64,000 bases of DNA from Eledone cirrhosa (taxonomy: Eukaryota). How positions within the stretch are numbered: the stretch's first letter is position 1; each line of letters begins with the position of its first letter. This document shows, in pieces, positions 37,590 to 50,144 of this stretch. The notes under the pieces were generated by a model. It was not told the origin of the DNA and did not search any database. It saw only the letters and a list, made by a program, of their open reading frames with translations. The stretch spans positions 19,840,001 to 19,904,000 of the forward strand of contig OZ024745.1 of assembly GCA_964016885.1 (NCBI GenBank). Reading direction: 5' to 3'. Position numbers and translations under genes: made by a program.

Positions 37590-38390
37590 ATGGAAGAAGT
37601 TTAGGGAACTACTACCACTGCTAGCTGCAAAAGGCTTCTCCCTCAGAATGAAAGGCAGACTGTATGATGCGTGTATCCGAACAGCAATGTTGCATGGTAG
37701 TGAGACCTGGGCGCTGAAGGTGGAAGACTTACGTAGATTAGAGAGAAACGAAGCCTGCATGCTCCGATGGATGTGTAACAGTAATATACGTGAACGACAA
37801 AGCATAAATGAATTGAGAGAGAGACTGAGCATAAGAGGAATCAAATGCTGTGTGCAGGAGAGGCGGTTGCGCTGGTATGGACATGTGATGCGTATGAAGG
37901 ATGACAGCTGCATAAAAAGGTGCAGGTGATGGAAACCGCGGAGTGGGGAGACCCAAGATGACCTGGGATGAGGTGATAAAAGCCGACCTTACCCAATTAC
38001 ACCTCTCAAAGGCAATGACACACGACCGTGACTTCTGGCGTCACGGAGTAATAGAGAGTACCCGACCTCCCATGAGTACAAGCTGAAGCATATAGACAAT
38101 ATGCCCCCCCCCACCGCAAGGTGGTCGTGGAGGTGCCACGGCAAAAAAGCACCCAGCCCACACTGTAAAGTAGACGTGTAGGCGCCACGAAAAAGCACCC
38201 AGCACTCACTGTAAATGAGGTTGGTGTTAGGAAGGGCATCCAGCTGTAGAAATCAAGCCAGATCAGTTCCTGTATGAGCATGGCATGGTCAGCCGACCAG
38301 ACACTGCCCACAACAGGACAACCCGTCTAACCCATGCTAGCGTAGAAGAACGGACATAAAACGGTGATGATGATGATGATGATGATGATA
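37590..38390 (+). mobile_element. 5'-truncated RTE (PHD family)
   Basis: Near-identical to 8051-8860, with a small deletion at ~37925. Confidence 0.92.
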
Positions 38391-38392
38391 TA

Positions 38393-38596
38393 TATAAGGA
38401 AAAAAGATGAAATCGAAAATGCAACTGGAGTCTTTTTAAAAATATTTATTTGTTTCCTTTACCGAGAAAAACCACAAACCCTCCATCTCAATTCTACTTT
38501 TGAAAAGCATAAGAACTGTGAAACCGATAAAGGAAACAAATAAATATTCTTAAAAAGACTCCAGTTGTATTTTCGATTTCATCTTTTTTCCTTATA
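38393..38596. repeat. Fold-back (~70-bp arms) carrying the 3' half of a hammerhead (GAAAccgaTAaagg)
   Basis: tataaggaaaaaagatgaaatcgaaaat.. / ..ttttcgatttcatcttttttccttata. Confidence 0.7.
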
Positions 38597-38648
38597 CTTT
38601 CACCGCGGACACCGCGTTTTTTTTCATTTAAAAAAAAAGCCTCATATT

Positions 38649-38689
<41 letters not shown>

Positions 38690-38690
<1 letters not shown>

Positions 38691-39750
38691 AGAGTATTGA
38701 ACCAACGCTATCCGCAAGGCTATACGGAGGGAGGGCCTTGACATCCACCTGGCCCACTCGGGCCCCTCCCTGCGAAGATGCCTCTCCAAGAAACCCGGGA
38801 AATCTACTGACGCATGCTCCCTCAGAGACTGCCCGATACGCCATGCGAACTGTTGCCTACGCACATACGTCGTGTATAAGATAGAATGTGACAGGTGCAA
38901 CCAATACTACATAGGTAGCACAATCCGACCTTTGCACATCCGGATCAAGGAACACACTAAAACCAGGGCCTCGTCTTTCCGGAAACACATAGACAAATGC
39001 GGAAACAAAGACAGAAGGCCCATTGTCACAATTCTAGTGACTGAAAGAAACGTCGGCACGTTACGTATCAAGGAAGCACTTTTTATCAAACGCCTGCAAC
39101 CGCAAATAAACAACCGATTAGAGAGAAGCGAAATGAGATGGCTGGTTTAAGTTAACAAACGATGTAGCAACACACAACACACGCACACACAAACAAGACA
39201 ACTACACACACACACAGTAGCATTCCACCATACGAACATACTACACTGCCAATACAGAGGAACAAGGCAACTACACACGCACACACACTCAAGCGAGACA
39301 ACACACGCACACACACACACAGTAACATTTAACAAACAGGCAGAGAATGGACTGACAGCTAGCGCCACCCCACTCCCTCATTCAGCCGCTGACTTCTGTC
39401 CGACCGACCCCATTTCACGCGCACGCGCGCTCTGCCGAATACCTCAGATATTCAAAACAACAAACAGCGGAGGACGCGTTTCGCACCTGTCCGACAGACA
39501 ACCTTTACCCCGGAAAAAAACCCCAGTTGATGGATGTGAATCCGAAATATATAGGGACTATTAAATCTCTCCCAAGGTAACTCTCTCTTGTGTTGTTATT
39601 TTTATTTTATCCTTTATACTCTTCCCTTCTTTCTTCTACACATTTACACATCTTTACACACCACGCATCTCAACGTACACCCACTTACATCTCTCTCTCC
39701 ACCACCGGATCTTGTTACCCGGAGATTTACCCATTAAAGATATTTAATTA
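38690..39750 (+). mobile_element. Penelope-like element 3' part: Cys-rich linker, GIY-YIG domain and 3' region with a hammerhead variant
   Basis: Open frame 38701-39150 reads CSLRDCPIRHANCCLRTYVVYKIECDRCNQYYIGSTIRPLHIRIKEH...LRIKEALFIKRLQPQINNR. Flanked by (TA)n. Confidence 0.88.
39521..39556 (+). ncRNA. Hammerhead-like motif with atypical core CAGTTGA
   Basis: ccc-CAGTTGA-t-ggat-gtga-atcc-GAAA-tata-TA-ggg. Confidence 0.55.
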
Positions 39751-39764
39751 TATATATATAGGAG

Positions 39765-41582
39765 TAACTATAGAGGCATTAAATTAATCGACCAGGTCAT
39801 GAAGGTCACGGAAAAAGTAATAGCGCAACTAATCAGAGAGAGAATTGATCTAGATGAAATGCAGTTCGGGTTTGTGTCAGGAAAAAGTACCACAGACGCT
39901 CTTTTCATTGTACGACAACTACAGGAGAAGTACCTAGCTAAAAGTAAACCCCTATACTTAGCTTTCGTCGACTTGGAGAAGGCCTTCGACAGAGTCCCCC
40001 GTTCCATTATCTGGTGGGCTCTTAGAAAACTATGTGTTGATGAATGGCTTGTAAGAGCTATACAAGCCATGTATAAAGAAACAGTCAGCAAGGTTAGAAT
40101 TAACAAGGAATATAGTGAAGAGTTTAGCGTAAAAGTTGGTGTTCATCAGAGCTCTGTTCTTAGCCCCCTACTATTTATTATTGCCCTCCAGGCTATAACA
40201 GTGGAGTTCAAGACCGGCTGCCCATGGGAACTCCTATACGCAGATGATCTAACGCTCATAGCTGAATCAATGGCCGAGCTAGAGAAGAAATTCCAAACAT
40301 GGAAGCACGGCCTAGAATCAAAAGGCCTTAAAATTAACCTGGCTAAGACTAAAGTTCTAGTTTGTAAGAAAGAAAATAAGGCGGCGGTCCCCTCGGGGAA
40401 GTGGCCATGCGCAGAGTGTAGGAAAGGCGTAGGTAGAAATTCCATTTTGTGTCCCAAATGCAAAGTTTGGGTGCATAAAAGATGTAGTGGGATCACAGGT
40501 AAGCTAACTAAGAACATAGATTTTACATGTGGCCGGTGTTCTGGGGCAATAAGTAGCAGCAAGTGCCCACAAAATACTAGCTCTTTCAACTGCGCAGAGG
40601 GTTCTATAGAAATAGTGGACAGCTTCCGTTACCTGGGTGACAAAATCAGCAGTGGGGGAGGGTGCTCTGAAAGTACAGTAGCTAGAGTCAGAACTGGGTG
40701 GAAAAAGTTCAGAGAGCTTATACCACTATTAGCCGCTAAAGGGTTCTCCCTAAAAATGAAAGGCAGGCTGTACGATGCCTGCATACGAACAGCAATGTTG
40801 CATGGCAGTGAGACCTGGGCATTGTGTGCAGAGGATATACGCAGACTAGAGAGAAACGAAGCTTGCATGCTCCGCTGGATGTGTAATAGTAATATACGTG
40901 AACGACAAAGCATAAACGAACTAAGGAAAAAATTAGAAATAAGAGGGATCAGATGTTGTTTACTAGAGAGAAGGCTACGTTGGTATGGTCACGTGATGCG
41001 CATGAAGGACGATAGCTGTATAACAAAGTGCAGGGCAATAAAGATAGACGGTAGCCACGGAATAGGCAGACCCAGTAAAACCTGGGACGAGCTGATAAAC
41101 TCCGACCTCACACACTTACACCTCACCAAGACAATGTCACTGGACCGAGAGCTTTGGCGGTACTCAGTAATAGAGAAGACCCGCCTTACCTAAATACAAA
41201 GTAAAACCTACTACAGTCAGTAGGCATCTCTAACAAAATACACCCCCGTCCCACCCCATCCACACCGCCCCCTTCTATGTAAAGTTATGTTGGTGCCACA
41301 CCATCCAGGCCGAAACAAATGAGATCGTGTAGGTGTCACGACAAAAAAACACACAGTCCACGCTGTAATGTGGCCGTGTAGGCAACACGGTAAAAACCTC
41401 CCAGACCCACACTGTAAATGTGGTTGGTGTTAGGAAGGGCATCCAACTGTAGAAAACCTGCCAGACAGTCCTATGCGAGCAAGACAATCACTCTTGCCTC
41501 AAGTGGGAAAACTCCCGTCCAAACCCATGCAAGCGTGGAACACGGATGTTAAACGTTGATGATGATGATGATGATGATGATA
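39765..41582 (+). mobile_element. RTE LINE, 5'-truncated, with an intact 464-aa RT frame containing a C4HC3 PHD finger
   Basis: QFGF, FVDLEKAFDRVP, GVHQSSVLSP, YADD, PHD finger, FRYLG and GSETW, followed by the 3' UTR and (GAT)n. Confidence 0.95.
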
Positions 41583-41633
41583 TATATCTTCTTTGTACTT
41601 TTTGTTTGCTTTGTTATTTATGTTTGCCTTTTG

Positions 41634-41721
<88 letters not shown>

Positions 41722-44139
41722 AGTGGAAGCTTAGTAAAATCGAAACTTTGGCTGCGGCCAAGCAAAATCGACCTACAATTAGGAATAAGTAGCAAAGCAC
41801 TCAATAAGGTAGGCTCTTAGAGTAATAACATACGTTTAGATAGCTTGACAAATTGAAAATTGCAGCAGGCAATACCCAGCCATACAGTACCAAAACAACG
41901 AAAAAACTAATCAGGTTAGACAACAGACCTGGACAAATTGAATGGTATTCTGCAATATGTCTGATATGTTTCTATGAATTCGAAATCATCAATCCAACTT
42001 ATGTAATACGCAAGCTTGTGGTATTCTATAATCAAACAGGGGATTCACGTCATCGACAGGTATTGCCTCAAGCCGGTGTGAACTGCAACTCAGGACGACT
42101 GCTACAATAGACAGCATTCAGTCTTTCCTTGTCACGTGTTATTTCCAGTAAGAGAAGTAACCCCCAGTTTTTGGTGGGCATATATTCTTGGTTCAAATTT
42201 TAACATGGTCAGCTCTGATTTTTAGCTTTCTAGGGTCAATAAGATAAGTGGCAGTCTTGTAGTAAGAATCAGTTCAATTGTTCTATCATTCTCCTACAAG
42301 ATGGTCACTTCATGTTAATTTATTAAACAAATACTCTACTGCACTCTTTTACAGAGTATAATGAAAGACTTTCAACCAATTAACAATTAAAAAAAAAATT
42401 AATTATAATATCCATGAAGTGGATATTATAATCTGTGCGAGTTTTAAATAGCTAAAATAACTCTGCCAAGATGCAGCAACATTCAAGCATTTGTAAGTGG
42501 AAAAGCAGAAGCTAATGATTAAACAGTCTTTAAAATGTCAAATGGTGGTGCCAGTAGTGAATCTCTTCAAAAATAACTTGAGCCTGCTTTCTGATCGAAG
42601 CATAGCATTTTCTGGTCCCTGAAATGTTTGTAAAAAGAAGACTATTGGACAACCCTTTGGTTGGGAATAATTACACCAATAAAATCAGTTACATCTGTTT
42701 GAACTTATAATGGAATGGAATTTTTACTATTGATTCTTAAATAATTTGTTTCAGTCTACAAAATGCCATTTCTGCTTCTTTTGTAACAAGAAATGATGTA
42801 ATATTCAGAGGACAATGCTTGTTAGAATAATCTATATCTATTGAGAATATTGGGGAAAAAACAAATAAAAAAAAAACAAAGCAAAACAAGAATTGTTTGC
42901 AGTAACTTAATATTTCAAGGAACAGGTAGATTATACACTGCCAGGAGCATTCATGATCTAGAATTTCACTGTTTTCAACTATAGAATGAAAAATGTTTAG
43001 TCTTTTGGTTGAAAATGCACATTTGCCTTCTCTGTAACAAATTTTCTTCCTTTTAGCAGCCATAAAACCCTTTAAAGATTAGCATTATATTCCTGGAGTT
43101 TTACTGTAGGCATGCAGAAGCTCCAACTAGTTTTTCTTCCTCAATAGTTGAATCCATGACATACTTAATACAAGCCCCTCCTTAGGTCAGTCCAAAGAAA
43201 ATTTGAGTAAACTGGTCGTGGTTCCACCCAGCTTTGAACAGAGTGTGTTGTTTGTCCTCATTTCTAATTAAAACTTGGTGCTCGGTGGAGTGCAGGAACA
43301 TATGTAAGTGAGATGCAGACACTCAGCCCATCTGGGAGGTCAGTAGCTCCACTGGTGTACCAACCCAGTCGTGTTGTCAGGGTTGGGAAGACCCCTCAAT
43401 TATGTCAAGGATACGACAGCCTCGCTAATGTTAGTGATCTACATGATAAACACATTGAGTACACATTGTAAAGTCGTTAATGATAGGAAGGGCATACATC
43501 TGTAGAAAGCTTGCCAAACAAAGAGTTGATATATATATATAAACTTAAGAAAATTAAAAAAGAGAGGACAAGACAAGGAACAAAAAACAATTTTTTAAGG
43601 GGAAACCTTAAAAAATTATTTTAAAGAAATAAAAATAGAAATGAAAGACACAGAAATCCAGGGTCATCAGTCATTGAGGTGGACTGTGGCAGTTTTGCCC
43701 CCTACCAATGATACTGCTAGTCTGCTTGGTGTCACAACATTTTACACAAGCTAAATGCTGTCCAGCGGAGTAAGATACAAGGGACAAAACATTAATATAT
43801 ATAAATAAATGACAACACAAACACAGAGATGTAAAAACGCAAAGACTTATTAGTATCACACTTAGGTTTCTCCTAAGCATGATATTAATATGACTTTGGT
43901 TTTTTTGCATCCCTGTGTTGTCATTTCTTTAACTATTTTTCCTTGCTTGTATTGCCTACCTGGAACCTTAAAACACATCACCCACAGATTAACCAGTCTT
44001 CAGATTGCTGGATCTTTGGACTGCTCATATATATATATTTATATATAACCAAAGATTAATATGGTTCATTGATTACTCAATGAATATAGTTTTACAATAG
44101 ATTAATTGCACTCTACAATGAAGTTTTCTGGAGTTATTA

Positions 44140-44338
44140 ATATTATTCAGAATATTAATAAATGAAGACATTCACATAATCAAAATATATGTTTTATTAT
44201 ATATACTTCGAAGGTACTGTGCTGTTTTTTCAGTACGTCCTCGTCAGATAAAACAGCACAGTACCTTCGAAATATATATAATAAAACATATATTTTGATT
44301 ATGTGAATGCCTTCATTTATTAATATTCTGAATAATAT
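44140..44338. repeat. Fold-back element with a hammerhead on the minus strand
   Basis: ~90-bp inverted arms around tcagtacgtcctcgtcagat. Confidence 0.78.
44191..44254 (-). ncRNA. Hammerhead motif
   Basis: gttttat-CTGACGA-ggacgtactg..cagtaccttc-GAAG-tatata-TA-ataaaac. The opposite arm retains GAAA. Confidence 0.68.
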
Positions 44339-44349
44339 ATTTATATATA

Positions 44350-45456
44350 TAAATGTAATCTGAGTTTTTCGAATATTAATAATAATATTCGATTTGTTTG
44401 CAATTATGCAAACAAGACTCATTTTTAAAGCCATGTCAGTAGAATGAGCCCCTCATTCTTGCTCTTGTGTTGGCATGTAAACAGAACTGCACAGAACAAC
44501 ACAAGAGAAAGAATGAGGGGCTCATTCTACTGACATGACTTTAAAAATGAGGCTTGTTTGCAAAATTGCAAATGAATCGAATATTATTATTAATACTCTA
44601 AAAATGAAAGGCAGGCTGTATGATGCCTGCATACGAACAGCAATGTTACATGGCAGTGAGACTTGGGCCTTGTGTGCAGAGGATCTACGCAGACTGGAGA
44701 GTAACGAAGCTTGCATGCTCCGTTGGATGTGTAATAGTAATATACGTGAACGGCAAAGCATAAATTAACTAAGTGAGAAATTAGGAATAAGAGGGATCAG
44801 ATGCTGTTTACTCGAGAGAAGACTACGTTGGTACGGTCACGTGATGCGCATGAAAGACGACAGCTATATAAAAAAGTGCAGGGCGATCAAAATGGATGGT
44901 AGCCACGGAGTAGGCAGACCCAGAAAAACCTGGGACGACTTGATAAATTCCGACCTCACACACTTACACCTCTCCAAGACAATGTCACTGGACCGAGATC
45001 TTTGGCACTACACAGTAATACAGAAGACCCGCCTTGTCTAAGTGCAAAGCGAAACCTACAGTCAGTAGGCACCTCTTACCAAAATACACCCCCGTCCCAC
45101 TACCCCCACCCCATCCACACCACCCCTATCGATGTAAAGTTATGTTGGTACCACAACATCCAGTCCTAAATAAATGAGGTCGTGTAGGTGTCACGACAAA
45201 AAAACACACAGTCCACGCTGTAATGTGGCCGTGTAGGTAACACGGTAAAAACCTCCCAGTCCACACTGTAAACGTGGTTGGTGTTAGGAAGGGCATCCAG
45301 CCGTAGAAAACCTGCCAGACAGTCTTATACAAGCAAGACAACCAATCTTGCTTCAAGTGGGAAAATTCCCGTCCAAACCCATGCTAGGGTGGAAGATGGA
45401 CGTTAAACGATGGTGATGATGATGATGATAATTCGAAAAACTCAGATTACATTTAT
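44350..45456. mobile_element. Palindromic MITE-like element whose right arm is split by an RTE insertion (44598-45430, plus strand)
   Basis: Arms 44373-44482 and 44497-44595. The remainder attcgaaaaactcagattacattta, after the RTE tail, complements 44350-44374. Confidence 0.75.
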
Positions 45457-45476
45457 TGTATTCAGCGATGTAGAGC

Positions 45477-45540
<64 letters not shown>

Positions 45541-45753
45541 CAGTAGAAAATGCTGGAGGGACCCCTTCAGCATAATATCAAAACATCCACTTACAAAGCA
45601 GGGACTTCCACATTCAATCGTGTACCCATTCCAGCCCATATGCCTCTTCAACGATGGAAGTACACAGTGCAGCCAAATTGCACACCTTTTACATACTTTA
45701 ACACATAGTAAGAAGGGTAGACATAAAGTTCTGTGGGGAAGTGGTATATATTA

Positions 45754-46568
45754 CAGTGTGGCACACATAAATCAGGAAAACATTAATGGATGATAAAAAC
45801 AGCGTTTTTTATATAACAAGTTAATATATTTCAATGAAACTTGCTACACAGTTAGACACATATATAAGGTACAAAAATCATTTGATGTGGCCACCACTTT
45901 CTCTGGGTGGGACCAGAAGCTGGAGAAGGCCTTAGCAATGGCATCCCTGTCGAAAATGACCATGACGTCTCTGATGGCTGCTTTGAGAGCCTTCATGGTG
46001 TTGTAGCACCTGCTGTTCACCCCCTTCTCCAAGATGCCCCACACAAAATAGTCGACAGGATTACAGCAGTCTGGCAAAGAGCCAGGCCTGTCCTTGTGGG
46101 CAGAGGAATAGTCCTGTTGAAAGATGTAGGGCCTCCTATTAGCCACACTGTCCATCCAGGTCTTGATGTGCTCGTCCAGGAGACTCAGGTAGCTGTTGGC
46201 ACCAAGAAGGAGGCCTTCGGAGATGAACTCGGGCATCCTGGTGGCGCCAGAGCACTTCTTATGAATCTTGTGTTCTGGCCTGAAATTGTCCTTGTCCTCT
46301 GAGGTTCCATATGCCTTTGCAAGGTCGTAGACCATGGTTTTGGAGTACTTAAGCCAGTCAATAATTTCCTTGGCTTTATGGCCAGTGTGAAGGCTCTCCA
46401 CAATAGCTTGACAATCATATTCTGAAGACATGATTACTAAGCACTTTGTGTGTCAATAGCCAGACAGCTACTGAGGTGTAGTATTTTCTAATGTTGCTTT
46501 CAAAACCTCACTTTCATGTCACACCGCTGTTACCATGTAAAAATTCCAGATTTATCTGTGCCATACTG
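45754..46568 (-). mobile_element. Degenerate, deleted maT/Tc1-mariner element
   Basis: TIRs cagtgtggcacacataaatc / gatttatctgtgccatactg with TA flanks. Motifs RPYIFQQD and PDCCNPVDYFVWG. Confidence 0.85.
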
Positions 46569-46804
46569 TATGTGTATGTGTGTGTGTGTGTCTGTGTGTG
46601 CGTGTTTGTGTCTGTGTGTGCCTGTATGTGTGTGTGTGTCTGTGTGTGTGTGTGCATGTAGTTTAAGAGAACTTTATAAAGACATGTATATATATATATA
46701 TGTGTGTGTGTGTGTAAGTGTTTGTGTCTGTGTGTGCCTGTATGTGTGTGTGTGTCTGTGTGTGTGTGTGTGCATGTAGTTTAAGAGAACTTTATAAAGA
46801 CATG

Positions 46805-46837
<33 letters not shown>

Positions 46838-46987
46838 AAGTGTCTGTGTCTGTGTGTGCCTGTATGTGTGTGTGTGTGTGTGTGTGCGTGTAGTTTAAGA
46901 GAACTTTATAAAGACATGTATATATATATATTTATATATGTGTGTGTGTCTGTGTGTGTATGTGTGTAGTTTATGAGAACTTTATAA

Positions 46988-47035
<48 letters not shown>

Positions 47036-47039
<4 letters not shown>

Positions 47040-47113
47040 CTTTATCTGACGAACGAATACGGATGTCACTCGTGTTCGTCCTGTTTTCGGGAAACCTCGG
47101 GTAATGAAGTAAT
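47036..47113 (+). ncRNA. Type I hammerhead motif with 10-bp stem I
   Basis: attactttat-CTGACGA-acgaatacgg...cctgttttcgg-GAAA-cc-tcg-gg-TA-atgaagtaat. Confidence 0.7.
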
Positions 47114-47314
47114 TATGCTGTGTTGTTTATACATTAAATATATATATCTACATATTTCACTAGTGTTTCATTGGAGCTGTGTGTTAATATGTCTAACATT
47201 ACAGTTACCTATTTTATCAATTGCATAAACGTATGGTAATATGCCTATATGAAGAATTATAAGCATGTTATATTATTACATCATACTAATTGGATGCCTC
47301 CTCCCACACACACA

Positions 47315-47640
47315 TACAAGAGTCGGATGAAAAGTTCATAGACTGACTATGAAGTAATGATGCTAAAGCAGTGAAATCTTGCATACATTAATTTCAACTA
47401 TATTGAAAAATTAAACCTCATTTGGTCATTCCATGAGAGTATCTTGGTCAGCCTATGAACTTTTCAGCCTATGAAGGAGTGATGCTAGATCTGTGAAATC
47501 TTGCATGCAATAATTTCAACTCTTCCTATTAATAACTACATTGTTTCTTTCCAGTGACTATGTTGAAAAAATAAACCTCATTTGGTCATTCCATGAGAGT
47601 ATCATAGGTCAACCTATGAATATTTCAGCCGTTGACCGTA
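47315..47640. mobile_element. Mariner-like MITE, rearranged with an internal duplication
   Basis: Reverse-complement matches to 2651-2852, present twice. Confidence 0.7.
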
Positions 47641-48624
47641 ATTATATCTGTGTAGCATAATAATTGCTGAGGAGTGAAAGAACTCTACATGAGGTGAAGA
47701 GCTATATAGCTAATTAATATTGATATACACCTATAAAGGTGAGTAGTTAGAGAACTGGATTCACAATCATGAGGTTGTTAGTTAAATTCCTGGACCAGGA
47801 AGATACTTTATTTCATGTTGCTCCTTCTGCCAGGAGTTGCAGCTAGTAGATAGTATTAACAATGGAAACATTGTTTCCTTGGTCCATATGAGTTCCACCC
47901 CACTCGGTAAGTGAATGAGGTCTGGGATCTTGTAGATAGATATACATCATTAGTTAAGATTACTGGCTGGTTTTATGCACTTCTCACATATACAGCATGC
48001 ATCTTTCTTTTCAGTTTTGGTGGCTCTCCCCTCCTCATTAACACACTACGCAGTTCCCTGAACTGTATATCTCACTCTAGATACTGTCACAAAGTCTAAT
48101 CTAAGCCAGTGGATATTGTACATTTAATGAAGTTCACTGGAACACCATTGCTGCACACTACACATGACCATCTTCCTGTTCTTTGCTTTCTCCATCTCAC
48201 CAAATATTTTAGCACTGCCATCACCTTTCCAATATTCACCTTCATATATTCCTTTCCTCCTATTCATCTTCTTCAGTCCACTCATACTCTCTACTATAAA
48301 TACCAGAACATCTGTGTTCTTCAACTCCCACTGTAACCCCTCCTTTATACATTTATACCTCCATCACAACTACAGATGGTTGTAGGCTTAATACTGATCC
48401 CTGATGCACTCTTGTTTTCATTTTATTTGTAATGGTACCTATCCTTCATACTTACAACTCACAGGTTCATTCAGTTTTTCTCTTAGTGTCTCCTTCATTA
48501 TTATCTCTTTTAACTTCCACACCTTTCCAATCAGCAGTTTCACCATCATCAACCATTCACTCCCTCTAATCACTCACCACACTGTCTACAAATTCTACAC
48601 TAATCAAGACACCAAACAATACCC

Positions 48625-49235
48625 AGTGCACACTGTAAAGTGGTCCTGTAGGTGTCAAGACTAAAAGCATCCAGTCCACACTGTAAAGTGGTCCTGTAGG
48701 TGTCAAGACTAAAAGCATCCAGTCCACACTGTAAAGTGGTCCTGTAGGTGTCAAGACTAAAAGCATTCAGTCCACACTGTAAAGTGGTCCTGTAGGTGTC
48801 AAGACTAAAAGCATCCAGCCCACACTGTAAAGTGGTCGTGTAGGTGTCAAGACTAAAAGCATCCAGTCCACACTGTAAAGTGGTCGTGTAGGTGTCAAGA
48901 CAAAAAGCATCCAGTCCACACTGTAAAGTGGTCGTGTAGGTGTCAAGACTAAAAGCATCCAGTCCACACTGTAAAGTGGTCCTGTAGGTGTCAAGACTAA
49001 AAGCATCCAGTCCACACTGTAAAGTGGTCGTGTAGGTGTCAAGACAAAAAGCATCCAGTCCACACTGTAAAGTTGTTGGCATTAGGAAGGACATCCAGCT
49101 GCAGAAACCAAGCCAGAAACATTTCTGTATGAACATGACATGGTCACCTGATCGGACTTGTCTCACAATGTGACAACTCTTCCAACCAATGCTAGCGTGG
49201 AAAAATGGACGTTAAATGGTAATGATAATGATGAA
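48625..49235 (+). repeat. 48-bp tandem array (~9 units) inside an RTE-type 3' UTR
   Basis: Unit cacactgtaaagtggtcctgtaggtgtcaagactaaaagcatccagtc, running into ttaggaaggacatccagc and the RTE tail. Confidence 0.9.
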
Positions 49236-49483
49236 CACCATGCACACATTCCAGATGTATTCTCCTCACCATTCTCCTATCACTTCCATTCCATCTTGTT
49301 TCCTACACATATATGTCCACTCTTCCTCTATTCAGTGTTTTCCCAATCTCTCCTGATCTGTGTCTGTATATTCCATGTTCTAAAACTCATAGACCAGTCT
49401 CTACAAGGAACATCAGACACTTTGTCAACTAGGTTCTCCAACCTTCAGATTTAACGAGAAGAGATGGTAATCCACAGAAGGTT

Positions 49484-49581
49484 CAGGATGTATCAAAAGG
49501 AATCATCTGATTTCCAAAAAGCCATATTTTTTAAACAAATATAGTCTTTTGAAATCAGATGATTCTTTTTGATACACCCTG
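49484..49581. mobile_element. Small Tc1-like palindromic MITE
   Basis: caggatgtatcaaaaggaatcatctgatttc / gaaatcagatgattctttttgatacaccctg. Confidence 0.65.
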
Positions 49582-49885
49582 TACAGTAGGCTGTACCCTT
49601 CCCAACCTTTTGGTGCCCTCAATGTTGGTCCTTTCCTATGACATCCACAGATACAGTGTACCTATTCTGAACTGAATATACACAAGTAAAGGAAAGCAAA
49701 AAAATTGTTTTTTCATGAGAATCTTTCAAATAAAGGAAGCCAGAGAAAGGAACCTGATATATATGTAGAATCGTTATTTTGTATATCTATTTTTTTTTTT
49801 TTTGTTTATGTTATTGTGTTCTGTCATTGGTGGTCTAACAAGAATATTTAGAGGTGCAAAGAAAATTATGATGAAGGTGCTGATG

Positions 49886-49997
<112 letters not shown>

Positions 49998-50144
49998 CAT
50001 ATATATATATATATATATACATACACACACACATATACATACATATTTATATATATATATATATAAAGAGAGAGAGAGATATATATAGAGAGAGAGAATC
50101 TGCTGTGCCACAAATCAGGGGAGTACTCATAGAGTATATATATA

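Noticed and set aside
42200-43300. Possible exon or gene in unique-looking sequence
   Set aside because: No recognisable protein motif or clear splice structure by eye. It would need RNA-seq or a homology search.
48625-49075. CRISPR-like array (also 54360-55080, 35623-37040 and 25771-26050)
   Set aside because: Units are contiguous with no unique spacers, there are no cas genes, the context is eukaryotic, and three of the four arrays trace to RTE sequence.
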